Shown one piece after another: positions 54,655 through 64,000 of a DNA stretch of 64,000 nt (within the stretch, counting starts at the first letter, position 1; every line of letters starts with the position of its first letter). Below the pieces are notes generated by a model. It made no database searches and was not told where the DNA came from. It saw only the letters and a program-made list of their open reading frames with translations. The stretch comes from a virus. The stretch covers positions 12,488-76,487 of IMG/VR virus record IMGVR_UViG_3300028559_000026; one strand, given 5' to 3'. A program made the translations under genes and the position numbers.

Positions 54655-56201
54655 AGATTTATATCCTTTGCCGGTGAATATATATCGGCGCAGAATGCAC
54701 GTCTTGTAGCAGCATGTCTGTGTAATACATCAACATTGGTAATATCAAAATCGACGAAATAGAATTCGCTCTTTCCATCAATTCGTGTACCTCTGCCTAC
54801 ACATTGACGAAATTGAACTTCGCTTTGACCACCAGCCAAGTAAATAATCGCTAATCCACCTGGAGGACGTATATCGGTACCTGTCCAAATGCACGAAGTA
54901 CCTATCAAAACTGGTAATTTACCAGCGTTAAAGTCCGATACCAATTGTTCTGGGTCAGACTTGTGTAGATATTCAGGCAGTTTCCCTGAGTTACCCTTTT
55001 TGCTTTGAGTATTCTTGATAGGATCACCCATTTTGTTTTGGGTAACTCCACCATGAGCTAAGCCGAATTCCGTTTTGATATTGTTGATTAACGGCATTAC
55101 TTGGCCTAATTCATCAATCAGCACCAAAACTTTCTTTCCCGAGGTAGCGAACTTGTTGATTAGCTTACTGGCAAGTACACCCACCCCTGCATTTTCGTAT
55201 AGATGTTTCCTGGTCATGTTGTTTGGGTCTTTGGAAAAGTACTTGACCTTACTCTCCATGTTGACAATTGAAAAATGCGGTTTAGCTAAGAAACCTTGGT
55301 TTACGCCTTCCTCTACCGACATACTGAACACTGTAGGTCCAATAATTGCCTTTAGGAGCAGTCCTAGTCCGTCACTTCGTAGTTGTGTACCAGAAAAGAA
55401 AAATCTCCAAGGCGCGTTTGCTACTAAACCTGGATTCCAAGAATCATTCTCCCAATTCCCCAAACAAACCTTTGTGAGAGTTTCTGCTGGTGTCAAGTGT
55501 GATTCATCTGCGATAAAAACCTGCGTTTGAGCTAAATCAATCCAGCCCTGACTTCCTGGTTCAAGGCGAGTGAGTGATTGACCTGTAGCAACTGTGATTA
55601 ACTTGTCTGTGCATTTCTTGCTATCAAAATAAGCACCTACATATTTTTTACCAAGGTATTCAATATGGTCTTTGAATAATTGGTTAGCAATGCTAATGCT
55701 TGGTGCCATAATTACTGTCTTAAGGCCGAGATCTCTTACCAAGTTGAGAATAATAAAGCTCTTTCCTAAGCCTGTACCGATTTCTACATTGGCATGTTTC
55801 TTTTCAAGCAATAACCTGTGTGCTTCGATTTGGTAAGGTCTTGCTACTTTAGGGGATTTCATCCAAGGAATAGGGTTTGGTTCTGGGTACTTAACCAGAT
55901 TTTCTAATTCCAAATCAGGGAAATAAGTCTTGAGGTAGTTGGTTAATCCTGAATAAGTATACTGATTTTCATCTTTGTCAGAGAACAACAAGACTTGCTT
56001 ACGAAAAGAAAGCAACCTCTCGTACTCTTCTTTCCATGCCTCCTCTCCCATTTTATTAATTAACCAAGAAGCACTATTCTTAAACTTCTTAGCAGCAAAC
56101 TCCATTCTTTTGTCAGTGTAGGTCAATACAGACCGAAGTAGTTTTTCATCTAGTCCAGGAGGTAGCTCGACCAGTACCGGATCTCTCATAATCATTTGCA
56201 T
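54651..56201 (-). CDS. SF2 DNA helicase (UvsW-like)
   Basis: RPYQ, GTGLGKS, IADESH, SGT, QCVGRGTR. Confidence 0.9.
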   Translation of the reverse strand: MQMIMRDPVLVELPPGLDEKLLRSVLTYTDKRMEFAAKKFKNSASWLINKMGEEAWKEEYERLLSFRKQVLLFSDKDENQYTYSGLTNYLKTYFPDLELENLVKYPEPNPIPWMKSPKVARPYQIEAHRLLLEKKHANVEIGTGLGKSFIILNLVRDLGLKTVIMAPSISIANQLFKDHIEYLGKKYVGAYFDSKKCTDKLITVATGQSLTRLEPGSQGWIDLAQTQVFIADESHLTPAETLTKVCLGNWENDSWNPGLVANAPWRFFFSGTQLRSDGLGLLLKAIIGPTVFSMSVEEGVNQGFLAKPHFSIVNMESKVKYFSKDPNNMTRKHLYENAGVGVLASKLINKFATSGKKVLVLIDELGQVMPLINNIKTEFGLAHGGVTQNKMGDPIKNTQSKKGNSGKLPEYLHKSDPEQLVSDFNAGKLPVLIGTSCIWTGTDIRPPGGLAIIYLAGGQSEVQFRQCVGRGTRIDGKSEFYFVDFDITNVDVLHRHAATRRAFCADIYSPAKDINL

Positions 56202-56226
56202 TAAATACCTATAGCGTCTAAGTCTA

Positions 56227-56557
56227 TACTACAGCATAGGGCATAGGAGTAGTATCCATATTGCTGTAGTACCTAGTACAGCATAGGAGGATCGTGATAA
56301 TATTATTCTATATCTATATATACTAATTACATATTATTATATTATATTATAAGTATTATTTAATATTATTATCTATTAATAATACTTATAATAAATTCTC
56401 GCGGGGGCACTACGTGCGACCCTCGCGGGTCCCCCGCGAGAAATTCCGCGTGAAGGCTTGCGTGCGATTCCGCGAGGGTCCTCGCGTGAGCCCCATGGCG
56501 CGCACGCGATTCATATGATGGTATGCCCGTACTACAGCATAGGGCATAGGAGTAGTA
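56227..56557. repeat. 28 bp direct repeats flanking AT-rich tract and GC-rich inverted repeats; candidate replication origin
   Basis: TACTACAGCATAGGGCATAGGAGTAGTA at 56227-56254 and 56530-56557; nearly pure A/T ~56296-56397; inverted repeats 56396-56407/56431-56442 and 56418-56428/56470-56480. Confidence 0.8.
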
Positions 56558-56592
56558 CTCGTAGTACGGAAGTGATGCGCTATAGGCATTGC

Positions 56593-58431
56593 ATGGGAAA
56601 AGTAAAGAACACGTCCACCAAAATCGTACTGCCTAAAAGCAAAAAGTTACAAGACATCGTGGTTAAGACCATGGGTATCATCGAGGATATCGTCGGGGCC
56701 ACTCTAGGTCCTGGTGGTTGCCCTGTAATGCTAGAGCGTTCAGAGTCCGGTTTGCCACCAATGGTGTCGAAAGATGGTGTCACCGTTATCAAAGCTCTGG
56801 GATTCAGAGAGCCTATCGCTGACGGTGTACTGGAACTTGCTAGAGATGCAAGTGTGCGTACCGCCAATGAAGCTGGTGATGGTACTACAACCGCTGCTGT
56901 ACTAGCTGCAGCTATCGTACGAGAGACATTCAGATTTTGTGAAAAGAATCCAAAGATCAGCCCTCAGTACGTTGTCAGATCGCTGATGCGAGTTTTCCGT
57001 GAGGTGATCGAGCCTGCCCTAAAGAACAAGTCAACCAAAATTGACCTGGATTCCGACAGTAGAACTTTGCTTTGGAATGTTGCCATGATCTCAGCAAATG
57101 GTGATTCTGATTTGGCTGATGCGGTTATGGAAGCTGTCAAAATCACTGGGGACGAAGGTAATATCACGATCGTGGAGCAGAGTGGCCCATCTGTGTACCG
57201 GACAAACAAGATTGACGGATATCCTATCGCTCTTGGCTACGAGGATTCTGCGAGAAAGTTCTACTCAGAATTCATCAACGATGCAGCACATAACCGCTGC
57301 CTGCTACATGCTCCAGCATTCATCCTGTACCACGGCGTGATTACCAACCGGTCAGTGTTCATGGAAGCATCCCGAGTACTTACAGAGGCTTGGATGGCTG
57401 CACAAAATGGTGAGGATCGAGGTGTTTACAGTCCAAACTTTGTCCTAGTAGCTACTGGCTTTTCTGACGCATTCCTTGGTGACTTAGCGACTAACTTCGC
57501 CGCCGACGACACCATGAATATTGTCCCCTTGCTTACCCCCCGCACACCCATGCAGCAAGGTCAGAAAGACCTCCTGATGGATCTGGCAGCAATCACTGGT
57601 GCTACCATCTTCGATCCGACTACGCGCCCACTAGATACAATTACCCCTGAAGATGTCGGTCCAGGTATTCAGGTTATTGACGAAGAAGGTCATATCCGTC
57701 CAGGCAGCATTGAGATTTTTAGGTCCAAGACAGTTGTACGCGGTCGCGCTCTAGGTGAGAAGTCGGAGCAGAAGCACCTAAAGCGCATCGAGGATTTGAT
57801 TACTCAGTCAAGTAACCCAGAGTCCAAGCTGGATGCAATCCTGCTGAAAGAGCGCCTAGCCAAGCTGACTAGCGGTATTGCACAGCTAGTCGTGTCTGGT
57901 GCCTCTAATGCTGAGCTTAAAGAACGTCGTGATCGTGCTGAGGATGCTGTATGCGCTGTCATTGCAGCGATTAAACATGGATGCCTGCCGGGTGCATGTT
58001 GGGGATTGGCTTATGTCGCTAATCTGCTAGCTAGTGCTCAAGTATCATTGCCTAGCGATATCAATTTCTGCCGAGAAATCCTAGTACCAGCTTTGGGGGC
58101 ACCGCATCGTCGAATTTTGTCAAATATTGGAGTGTCTGATAACGAAATTGATGTAGTCTTGTCCCAAACCATGAAGAACGCCTCAAATGACATCCCCTGC
58201 GTTTATAACGCTAGAGAGCAAGAATGGGTAGATGCCTTCAAGGAGGGACTGCTGGACGCAACCCCAGCGGTCCTAGAGGCCCTGCGTAACGCAATGAGCA
58301 TTGCCCTTCAGCTTGGTACTCTTGGTGGGGCTGTGATGTATGAGCGGGATGAAATCCTAGAGCGGCAAGAGACAAGAGCTGATATTGACCATCTACGAAG
58401 TGTCAGCGAAGGTGAGAGTATGGAGGATTAA
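56593..58431 (+). CDS. groEL: GroEL-like chaperonin
   Basis: TLGPGG, SKDGVTV, AGDGTTTA, ERLAKL, RAEDAVCA; true start ATG 56593. Confidence 0.93.
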   Translation: MGKVKNTSTKIVLPKSKKLQDIVVKTMGIIEDIVGATLGPGGCPVMLERSESGLPPMVSKDGVTVIKALGFREPIADGVLELARDASVRTANEAGDGTTTAAVLAAAIVRETFRFCEKNPKISPQYVVRSLMRVFREVIEPALKNKSTKIDLDSDSRTLLWNVAMISANGDSDLADAVMEAVKITGDEGNITIVEQSGPSVYRTNKIDGYPIALGYEDSARKFYSEFINDAAHNRCLLHAPAFILYHGVITNRSVFMEASRVLTEAWMAAQNGEDRGVYSPNFVLVATGFSDAFLGDLATNFAADDTMNIVPLLTPRTPMQQGQKDLLMDLAAITGATIFDPTTRPLDTITPEDVGPGIQVIDEEGHIRPGSIEIFRSKTVVRGRALGEKSEQKHLKRIEDLITQSSNPESKLDAILLKERLAKLTSGIAQLVVSGASNAELKERRDRAEDAVCAVIAAIKHGCLPGACWGLAYVANLLASAQVSLPSDINFCREILVPALGAPHRRILSNIGVSDNEIDVVLSQTMKNASNDIPCVYNAREQEWVDAFKEGLLDATPAVLEALRNAMSIALQLGTLGGAVMYERDEILERQETRADIDHLRSVSEGESMED

Positions 58432-58667
58432 TGATTGTAAATCTCGAATGCACCAAGTGCTTACATACAAGAAAGTATTTTTTAGCAGATTCGACACAAA
58501 GACCAGATTGTTGTAAATGTGGTGGTCCAACCAAAAGGTCTGCACTGCCACCCTCGCTACAGGTTGTAGAAACGATAGACAACGGGTTTATGGCCAAAAG
58601 AATCGAAAGACTCTCTAACGCCCCAGAACTTTACTCCAAACGCACTTCTACCCGAGCCATAGAGTAA
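58431..58667 (+). CDS. FmdB-like zinc ribbon protein
   Basis: CTKC...CCKCGG. Confidence 0.65.
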   Translation: MIVNLECTKCLHTRKYFLADSTQRPDCCKCGGPTKRSALPPSLQVVETIDNGFMAKRIERLSNAPELYSKRTSTRAIE

Positions 58668-60767
58668 ATGTCGAAAATCGGTATCGAATCTCTTACACTG
58701 CAAGGTTTTCAGTCATTCGAGGACAAGGTGGAAATTTCTCTACCAAGTTCTGGAGTTACACTCGTTAGTGGTAAAAACCTTGACAGTGGCGGTGATAGTG
58801 GTAGTGGTAAAACCAGCCTTGTAAACAGCATCGCTTATCTCTTCAATTACTGTCACACACCAGCTACTGAGCTTAAATCCTGGTACTGTGACAGTATGTC
58901 CGTTTCTGCCAATATACTCATTGATGACCAGAAAGTTAAATTTTCCAGAAGTCCTGGTGCTTTCGTTATCCAGCAAGGTGATGTAGTAACTCGTGGTGAA
59001 GCTGCTGAGAAGTTGTTACAAAAATGGCATAAGCTACCATCTGGGTTTATCGAGTCTATGGCTTACAGGCACCAACAAAAGCCGGGTAAACCTAGTGGCG
59101 GATTCTTAGGAATCTCCCCTGCAGACAAGGCACGTTTTTTGTCTAAGCTACTAGACCTAGATAAGTACGAAACCAGTTACGAGGCTTCTAAGCAAACTTT
59201 GGATGCTTTAGAAAAGCAGTTAGTCCTGGTGGATGGTAACAGTCTTCACTGGCAGAAAGAGTCAGAGCAAGCTAAGCAAAAGCTCAATGAGCTAGTGGAC
59301 CAGGATTTTGGCATTTCCGGTATGGAAATGGATCTAAGTCGCACTGAAAGTAATTTACGAGAAGCACAGCGGCGTTTATTGCTACGCAAGGAAGCTGCCC
59401 TGGAAATAGAACAAAAGGACAGTGAGCAAAAAGAGATTGTGAAGTTGGAAACTAGCAATAAGGTTTCATCTATATCAAGTACTGTGGTTGATACGTCTGA
59501 AGTTGATGCGAAAATTCAAAAGGCTGTAGACATCCTACAGCAGCTTACTTTTAACGAGAAAGTACTGTACGACAACTTTCAACAGAATCGTACCAAAGCT
59601 CGTGAGCGGTTGTCGGCAATTAACCGACAATTATCTATATGGGGTGACTTGGACTCCAGGATCGCAGACCTTCGGGCGCAGCTTGTCGATTTGGAACAGA
59701 GACGTTGTAGTAAGTGTCAAAGGCTCTGGATTGATTCCCAGGACGCTCCAGAAGCACACTCATGGGCCGATGAGATGCAGAGCACCAAGGATGAGCTAGC
59801 CAAGCTTGTAGAGGCGCGGGAGTGCAAACAGGGCATGACAGAGATAATGATACCGGAAATAGAGGCCATCATCTCTGAGCAGTTTGCTGCAGACCCGAGG
59901 ATTCAAAAACTTGAGAAACTGAAACAGAAATTGGAGTTTCAGAGGACGTTACAAATTAACGAATTTGAGAACAACAAACGTCAGCAGATATGTTCCCTTC
60001 AAGAGTCAATGAGGGCTGAGCTAGCCAAGGGGCTTTCTGATCCTATTTTTCAGTCGATTTCTCAATATAATAGCCTGATCCAGAAGCTGCAACTTGAGAT
60101 GGCTAATAAAAAGTCAAGACTGGAAACAGCCCAAGAACAACATCAGTCACGAATTGCACTGCGTAACGAAAGAAATGAAAGACTACAGCGTGCAACAGAA
60201 AAGTTGGTTGAGATAGATGCAGAGCGGATAGCATTGACTGAGCAGATAAACGAAGAGAAGGATTTTGCGTTACTTGTAGGTAGAACAGGGTATCTGGGAG
60301 CTATTTTTGAGGAGGTTTTAGCAGATATCTCCTCAAGAGCTAGTGCAATGATGTCACTGATCCCCAATATTAGTCATTGCTCCATCAGGCTAAATACCAC
60401 CAAGGTTACTAAGTCGGGTGAAAAAAGAACCATTCATCCTACTGTCATGATTAATGGGTTAGAGCGTCCATTCAGCAGTTGTTCTGGTGGTATGACCAAT
60501 TCTATTACTCTAGCTGTTGATCTAGCAGTTAGACAGGTGATCTCTGAAAGAATCGGCATTAGTCTTGGCTGGTTGGTACTGGATGAGTGTTTTGATGGCA
60601 TGGATATGGCCTCAAAAGAGGCGTGTTTGTCGCTATTGAGAGATGTATCAGAAGAACAGCAGATCCTGATTTTTGTGATCGAGAGAGATTCGATCAAGGA
60701 AATGTTTGAGACAGTTATCGAAGTAGTTTGTGAAAATGGACGTTCATCTATCACCAAGGAGAAATGA
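58668..60767 (+). CDS. Rad50/SbcC-like ATPase
   Basis: GFQSF, GSGKTS, coiled coil with CSKC hook, CSGG signature, VLDECFDGMD. Confidence 0.92.
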   Translation: MSKIGIESLTLQGFQSFEDKVEISLPSSGVTLVSGKNLDSGGDSGSGKTSLVNSIAYLFNYCHTPATELKSWYCDSMSVSANILIDDQKVKFSRSPGAFVIQQGDVVTRGEAAEKLLQKWHKLPSGFIESMAYRHQQKPGKPSGGFLGISPADKARFLSKLLDLDKYETSYEASKQTLDALEKQLVLVDGNSLHWQKESEQAKQKLNELVDQDFGISGMEMDLSRTESNLREAQRRLLLRKEAALEIEQKDSEQKEIVKLETSNKVSSISSTVVDTSEVDAKIQKAVDILQQLTFNEKVLYDNFQQNRTKARERLSAINRQLSIWGDLDSRIADLRAQLVDLEQRRCSKCQRLWIDSQDAPEAHSWADEMQSTKDELAKLVEARECKQGMTEIMIPEIEAIISEQFAADPRIQKLEKLKQKLEFQRTLQINEFENNKRQQICSLQESMRAELAKGLSDPIFQSISQYNSLIQKLQLEMANKKSRLETAQEQHQSRIALRNERNERLQRATEKLVEIDAERIALTEQINEEKDFALLVGRTGYLGAIFEEVLADISSRASAMMSLIPNISHCSIRLNTTKVTKSGEKRTIHPTVMINGLERPFSSCSGGMTNSITLAVDLAVRQVISERIGISLGWLVLDECFDGMDMASKEACLSLLRDVSEEQQILIFVIERDSIKEMFETVIEVVCENGRSSITKEK

Positions 60768-61096
60768 GAATGGCAAAGGGAAAGATGGGTAAAAAGTTTC
60801 GTGATCCATGGGAGAAGTTGCCACCAGAATTCAAAGAGGAAGCTGAGCGAGCTGACGAGGCTGGTCTTCGCAAGATGGTTAGCGATAGCTCGCTAAATCA
60901 GGCCGCACTGATGCTGGCCAAGGACCAGGATGAAGACCTACGCCAGAAGGCGCTACTGCATTCTGAGGCATCACGCATGTACCGTGAGGGCTCCGCACTG
61001 AACAAGCTCAAGGCAACTTATTTGCGCCAAATGCTTGACAGTAAAGGTTGTGCTGTGCCTATGTCTAGCGACTTTCTGCCGAAGGAATCCGTTTAG
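60764..61096 (+). CDS. Hypothetical helical protein
   Basis: 110 aa with AAGGAG SD. Confidence 0.7.
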   Translation: MRMAKGKMGKKFRDPWEKLPPEFKEEAERADEAGLRKMVSDSSLNQAALMLAKDQDEDLRQKALLHSEASRMYREGSALNKLKATYLRQMLDSKGCAVPMSSDFLPKESV

Positions 61097-61433
61097 TACG
61101 TTTTTTCTTGACTGCCACCACATCAACAGGGCGACGGATTAAGTACCCCTTAAGATATTTGACTACATTCTCCGCCCTTGGAATAGATATACCCCGACCT
61201 ACGTAAAAGTGGTTGCAGGTCCAGCAAAGTAACCCTCTGACATACATCTTCCTCTGTTCTGGTGGCATCAACTTCCATCCTTTTACATGCTCATGATCTA
61301 TACAGAGCCTTCCTTTTGTGGGCTCATTTTCGCAAATGAAGCATCTATGGTTTTGGTTATTGGCCATTGCGAGCCAATCTTCAATTCCCAGGCCGTACCT
61401 AGCAAGGGTTTGTTTAGTGGGTTCTAGTAGCAT
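61065..61433 (-). CDS. Endonuclease VII-like protein
   Basis: RYGL, CFIC, LCIDHEH, VRGLLCWTCN. Confidence 0.88.
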   Translation of the reverse strand: MLLEPTKQTLARYGLGIEDWLAMANNQNHRCFICENEPTKGRLCIDHEHVKGWKLMPPEQRKMYVRGLLCWTCNHFYVGRGISIPRAENVVKYLKGYLIRRPVDVVAVKKKRTKRIPSAESR

Positions 61434-61500
61434 GATCCATTGATTACCTTTCTAAGTACTTTATATCGTCATACGGATCTATGATTATAACGATATCTGT

Positions 61501-63729
61501 ATGTTTACATTATTGGAGGACACAGTGAATAATATCCCGAGTGGTTGGTCAGAATATGCACATACAATTGCCATGCAGCGATACGCTCATGACATGGGTT
61601 TAGAGAAGGAATCGTGGTCTTTGGTGGCTCGCCGTGTAAGTGAAGCTGTGATGGGTGCAGTGAATGCACCACGAGATGTGGTTGACGCGATTGCTGAGCT
61701 TATCGACCAGCGTATCTTTTTGCCGGGTGGTCGATATCTGTATGCAGCGGGTCGCCCACTACATCAGACTCAGAATTGCCTTTTGACTAGGTGCAAGGAT
61801 ACCCGTGAAGGATGGGCAGACCATCTCCACAAGCACGTTATGGGCCTGGGGACTGGTGCAGGCATGGGTACTACGTACAGCGCTCTACGTGAAGCTGGCG
61901 CTGTTCTGAAGCGTACTGGCGGTATTGCTAGCGGTCCTCTTCCACTAATGGTAGCTACCAATGAGGTAGGCCGTGGTATGCGTCAAGGTGGCACTCGACG
62001 TTCTGCTCTATGGGCAGGTCTGCATTGGTGGCATCCAGATAACCCCGCATTTTTGAAGTCCAAGAATTGGTCAGAGGAAGTCCGCCGACTAAAGGCGAAG
62101 GATTATGACTTTCCCGCCGCCCTGGACCAGACTAATATCTCCAATGCCTTGGACGATATGTTTTTTGAGGCATACCACAATCCCGATTTCATGGGGCGTA
62201 CTCCAGTTTATCATGATGCACATCATGGCTATGCCGTAACCCATAAGATGGCTCAGGATTCATACTGGACTACGATTCGCCAGATGTTGGAGACCGCAGA
62301 GCCTGGGTTTTCGGTTGATGTTGGCGAGAATGCGGGTGAAGATCTCCGCAATGCCCCTTTGTGCAAGGAAACTTCTGTTCTAACTTCAGAGGGGTATCGG
62401 GAAATCTCCCAAATCATTGGTATCCCATCCACCGTGTGGACTGGTAAGCAATGGGCGTCTGACGTTGTTTTCAGGGAAACCAATCCTGCTGCCCGTATCG
62501 TGCGAGTGTCGTTTACTGGCGGGAGGACAATCCGTTGTGATGCAGGTCATCCTTTTCTGGTTGAAGGTAAGGACTATCCATCTACCATAGACCGGATACC
62601 AGCATCCTACCTAATGGTAGGCGACATCCTGCACGTATCCCTACCGCCAGTAGTCCGGTCTGGTGCATCGCCTCGGGAAATTGCAGAATATAATTTCCAT
62701 CACCTGGAACACGGTAATCTCACAGGCCCATCAATGATCAAGGTGGAATCTGTAGAAGAGGATGGGGTGGAAGCGGTTTATTGTGCGGATGTTAAGGTGG
62801 CAGAGCACAGTTTTCAGGCTGAAGGTGTCATTGTCTCTAATTGTACTGAGGTAACTAGCCGTGATGACAATGATATCTGTAACATTGGCTCTATTAACAT
62901 GGCTCGCATTACCAGTCTAAGTCAAATGCGGTCGGTTGTAGAGCTGGCCACTATGTTTCTGATTGCTGGTTCTGTGTACAGTCATCTGCCATATCCTGGT
63001 GTGTCGATTATCCGAGAGAAGAACCGTCGTCTTGGTTTGGGCCTTATGGGTATTCATGAATGGCTGCTGAAAAATGGCAAGAAATATAGCCCTGATCTGG
63101 AGCTTGGAAAGTATCTAGAGATTTACCGTGACACTTCCACTCTGACTGCTCAGGTTTATGCAGACTTTCTGGGGATTAGCCGTCCCGTCAAGGTGCGTGC
63201 AATTGCTCCAAATGGTACGATCGGAATTGTCGCCCAGACCACCCAGGGTATCGAGCCGATCCTGTATGTAGCTTGCAAGCGTCAGTATTTTAACGGGAGT
63301 ACACGGCACTACCAGTATGTTATTGATCCATGTGCCAAGAAGCTGATCGACGAAGGTATGCGACCAGAAGACATTGAGACGGCATACAGCCTAGCTTCGT
63401 CCATGGAGGGTATTGAGCAGCGTGTGGCATTCCAGGCATGGGTACAGACCTATGTGGATCATGGCATTAGTTCCACAATCAACCTGCCTGAGTGGGGTTC
63501 TCCTCAGAATAACGAGGATACTGTCAAGCCCTTTGGTGAAATGCTGATCAAGTACTTACCTAAGCTGCGTGGCATAACTGTTTACCCAGACATGGCCCGT
63601 GGTGGACAGCCATTCACTCAGGTACCGTACGAGAGAGCTATCCGTGATCTAGGCAAAGAATTCAGTGACACCATCGTCCAGCAAGGTGATGTTTGCGAGA
63701 TTACCAAGGGCGGTACCTGCGGATCGTAG
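61501..63729 (+). CDS. nrdJ: Class II (B12-dependent) ribonucleotide reductase with intein
   Basis: PGGRYL, QNC, AEPGF, spliced LRNA/CTE, CNIGSIN, RRLGLG, APNGT, DHGISSTINLP, C-terminal CEITKGGTCGS. Confidence 0.9.
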   Translation: MFTLLEDTVNNIPSGWSEYAHTIAMQRYAHDMGLEKESWSLVARRVSEAVMGAVNAPRDVVDAIAELIDQRIFLPGGRYLYAAGRPLHQTQNCLLTRCKDTREGWADHLHKHVMGLGTGAGMGTTYSALREAGAVLKRTGGIASGPLPLMVATNEVGRGMRQGGTRRSALWAGLHWWHPDNPAFLKSKNWSEEVRRLKAKDYDFPAALDQTNISNALDDMFFEAYHNPDFMGRTPVYHDAHHGYAVTHKMAQDSYWTTIRQMLETAEPGFSVDVGENAGEDLRNAPLCKETSVLTSEGYREISQIIGIPSTVWTGKQWASDVVFRETNPAARIVRVSFTGGRTIRCDAGHPFLVEGKDYPSTIDRIPASYLMVGDILHVSLPPVVRSGASPREIAEYNFHHLEHGNLTGPSMIKVESVEEDGVEAVYCADVKVAEHSFQAEGVIVSNCTEVTSRDDNDICNIGSINMARITSLSQMRSVVELATMFLIAGSVYSHLPYPGVSIIREKNRRLGLGLMGIHEWLLKNGKKYSPDLELGKYLEIYRDTSTLTAQVYADFLGISRPVKVRAIAPNGTIGIVAQTTQGIEPILYVACKRQYFNGSTRHYQYVIDPCAKKLIDEGMRPEDIETAYSLASSMEGIEQRVAFQAWVQTYVDHGISSTINLPEWGSPQNNEDTVKPFGEMLIKYLPKLRGITVYPDMARGGQPFTQVPYERAIRDLGKEFSDTIVQQGDVCEITKGGTCGS
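62356..62841 (+). mobile_element. Mini-intein (162 aa), Pro1, class 3-like
   Basis: NA|PLCKETSVLTSEGY, CDAGHPF, VYCADV, GVIVSN|C. Confidence 0.88.
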
Positions 63730-63751
63730 TTTGTAGTGCTATATAGTTCTG

Positions 63752-64000
63752 ATGACGCAACTAATAAATCTCGATAATGTAAATGACCGCTTTGCCGTTG
63801 TACAAGAGTTATTGGCTCTTAAGCGGTCAAATAGTAATATTGCAAACACTGATCCCAATCAAGCCCTAGTTTTTGCCACATCTCTTGTGGATGCTTTTCT
63901 TGATAAAGAGGTTGCCAAGTTGATGGGAATTGTACCCACAACCGAAACACACTCCTTCACTCTCAAGGAAGTAGAAATTATCAAGAAAATGGTAGCGACT
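63752..64000 (+). CDS. Partial hypothetical protein (runs off window end)
   Basis: Hand-translated open frame MTQLINLDNVNDRFAVVQELL... Confidence 0.55.
   Translation, partial: MTQLINLDNVNDRFAVVQELLALKRSNSNIANTDPNQALVFATSLVDAFLDKEVAKLMGIVPTTETHSFTLKEVEIIKKMVAT

Noticed and set aside
56227-56557. CRISPR mini-array from the 28 bp repeats
   Set aside because: Only two full copies ~275 bp apart, with AT-rich and palindromic sequence between them, and no cas genes
56458-56592. 45-residue N-terminal extension of GroEL in the ORF track
   Set aside because: It translates the non-coding repeat region; the chaperonin-like sequence begins at ATG 56593
1-64000. Alternative genetic code (stop recoding); tRNA or rRNA genes
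   Set aside because: Long core genes are open in the standard code with TAG used as a normal stop; intergenic gaps are short and I saw no cloverleaf, though tRNAscan was not run

Overview
64 kb of a large lytic tailed phage (contractile-tail myovirus; the capsid, portal, neck and sheath resemble SPO1/Herelleviridae-type modules). There are no rRNA, tRNA or CRISPR arrays that I can support. The minus strand (1-56.2 kb) carries the virion cluster: terminase, portal, MuF-like protein, prohead protease, scaffold, major capsid, neck, sheath, tube, chaperones, tape measure and baseplate. It also carries a helicase, a sigma factor, a GroES-like protein and Mre11. Small plus-strand nucleotide-metabolism and accessory genes are wedged between late genes. 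After a repeat-rich, AT-rich strand-switch region (~56.2-56.6 kb, candidate origin), the plus strand encodes GroEL, Rad50/SbcC and a class II RNR. Main observations: (1) the prohead-protease gene holds two tandem inteins, and the second hides a complete endonuclease gene in a different reading frame with its own SD and GTG while the intein frame stays open; (2) a set of head-region polyproteins (3x GNAT, 3 kinases, Nudix, GGDEF-like, mCpol-like, HhH glycosylase-like) whose domains are separated by capsid-type [LVIM]xK[SAN]E motifs, suggesting protease-released injected effectors; (3) a strict AATCT-N7-ATG motif before at least 11 genes, suggesting leaderless late transcription; (4) a Pro-initiated class 3-like intein at the RNR radical cysteine. 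All family assignments come from motif recognition by eye, not database searches.
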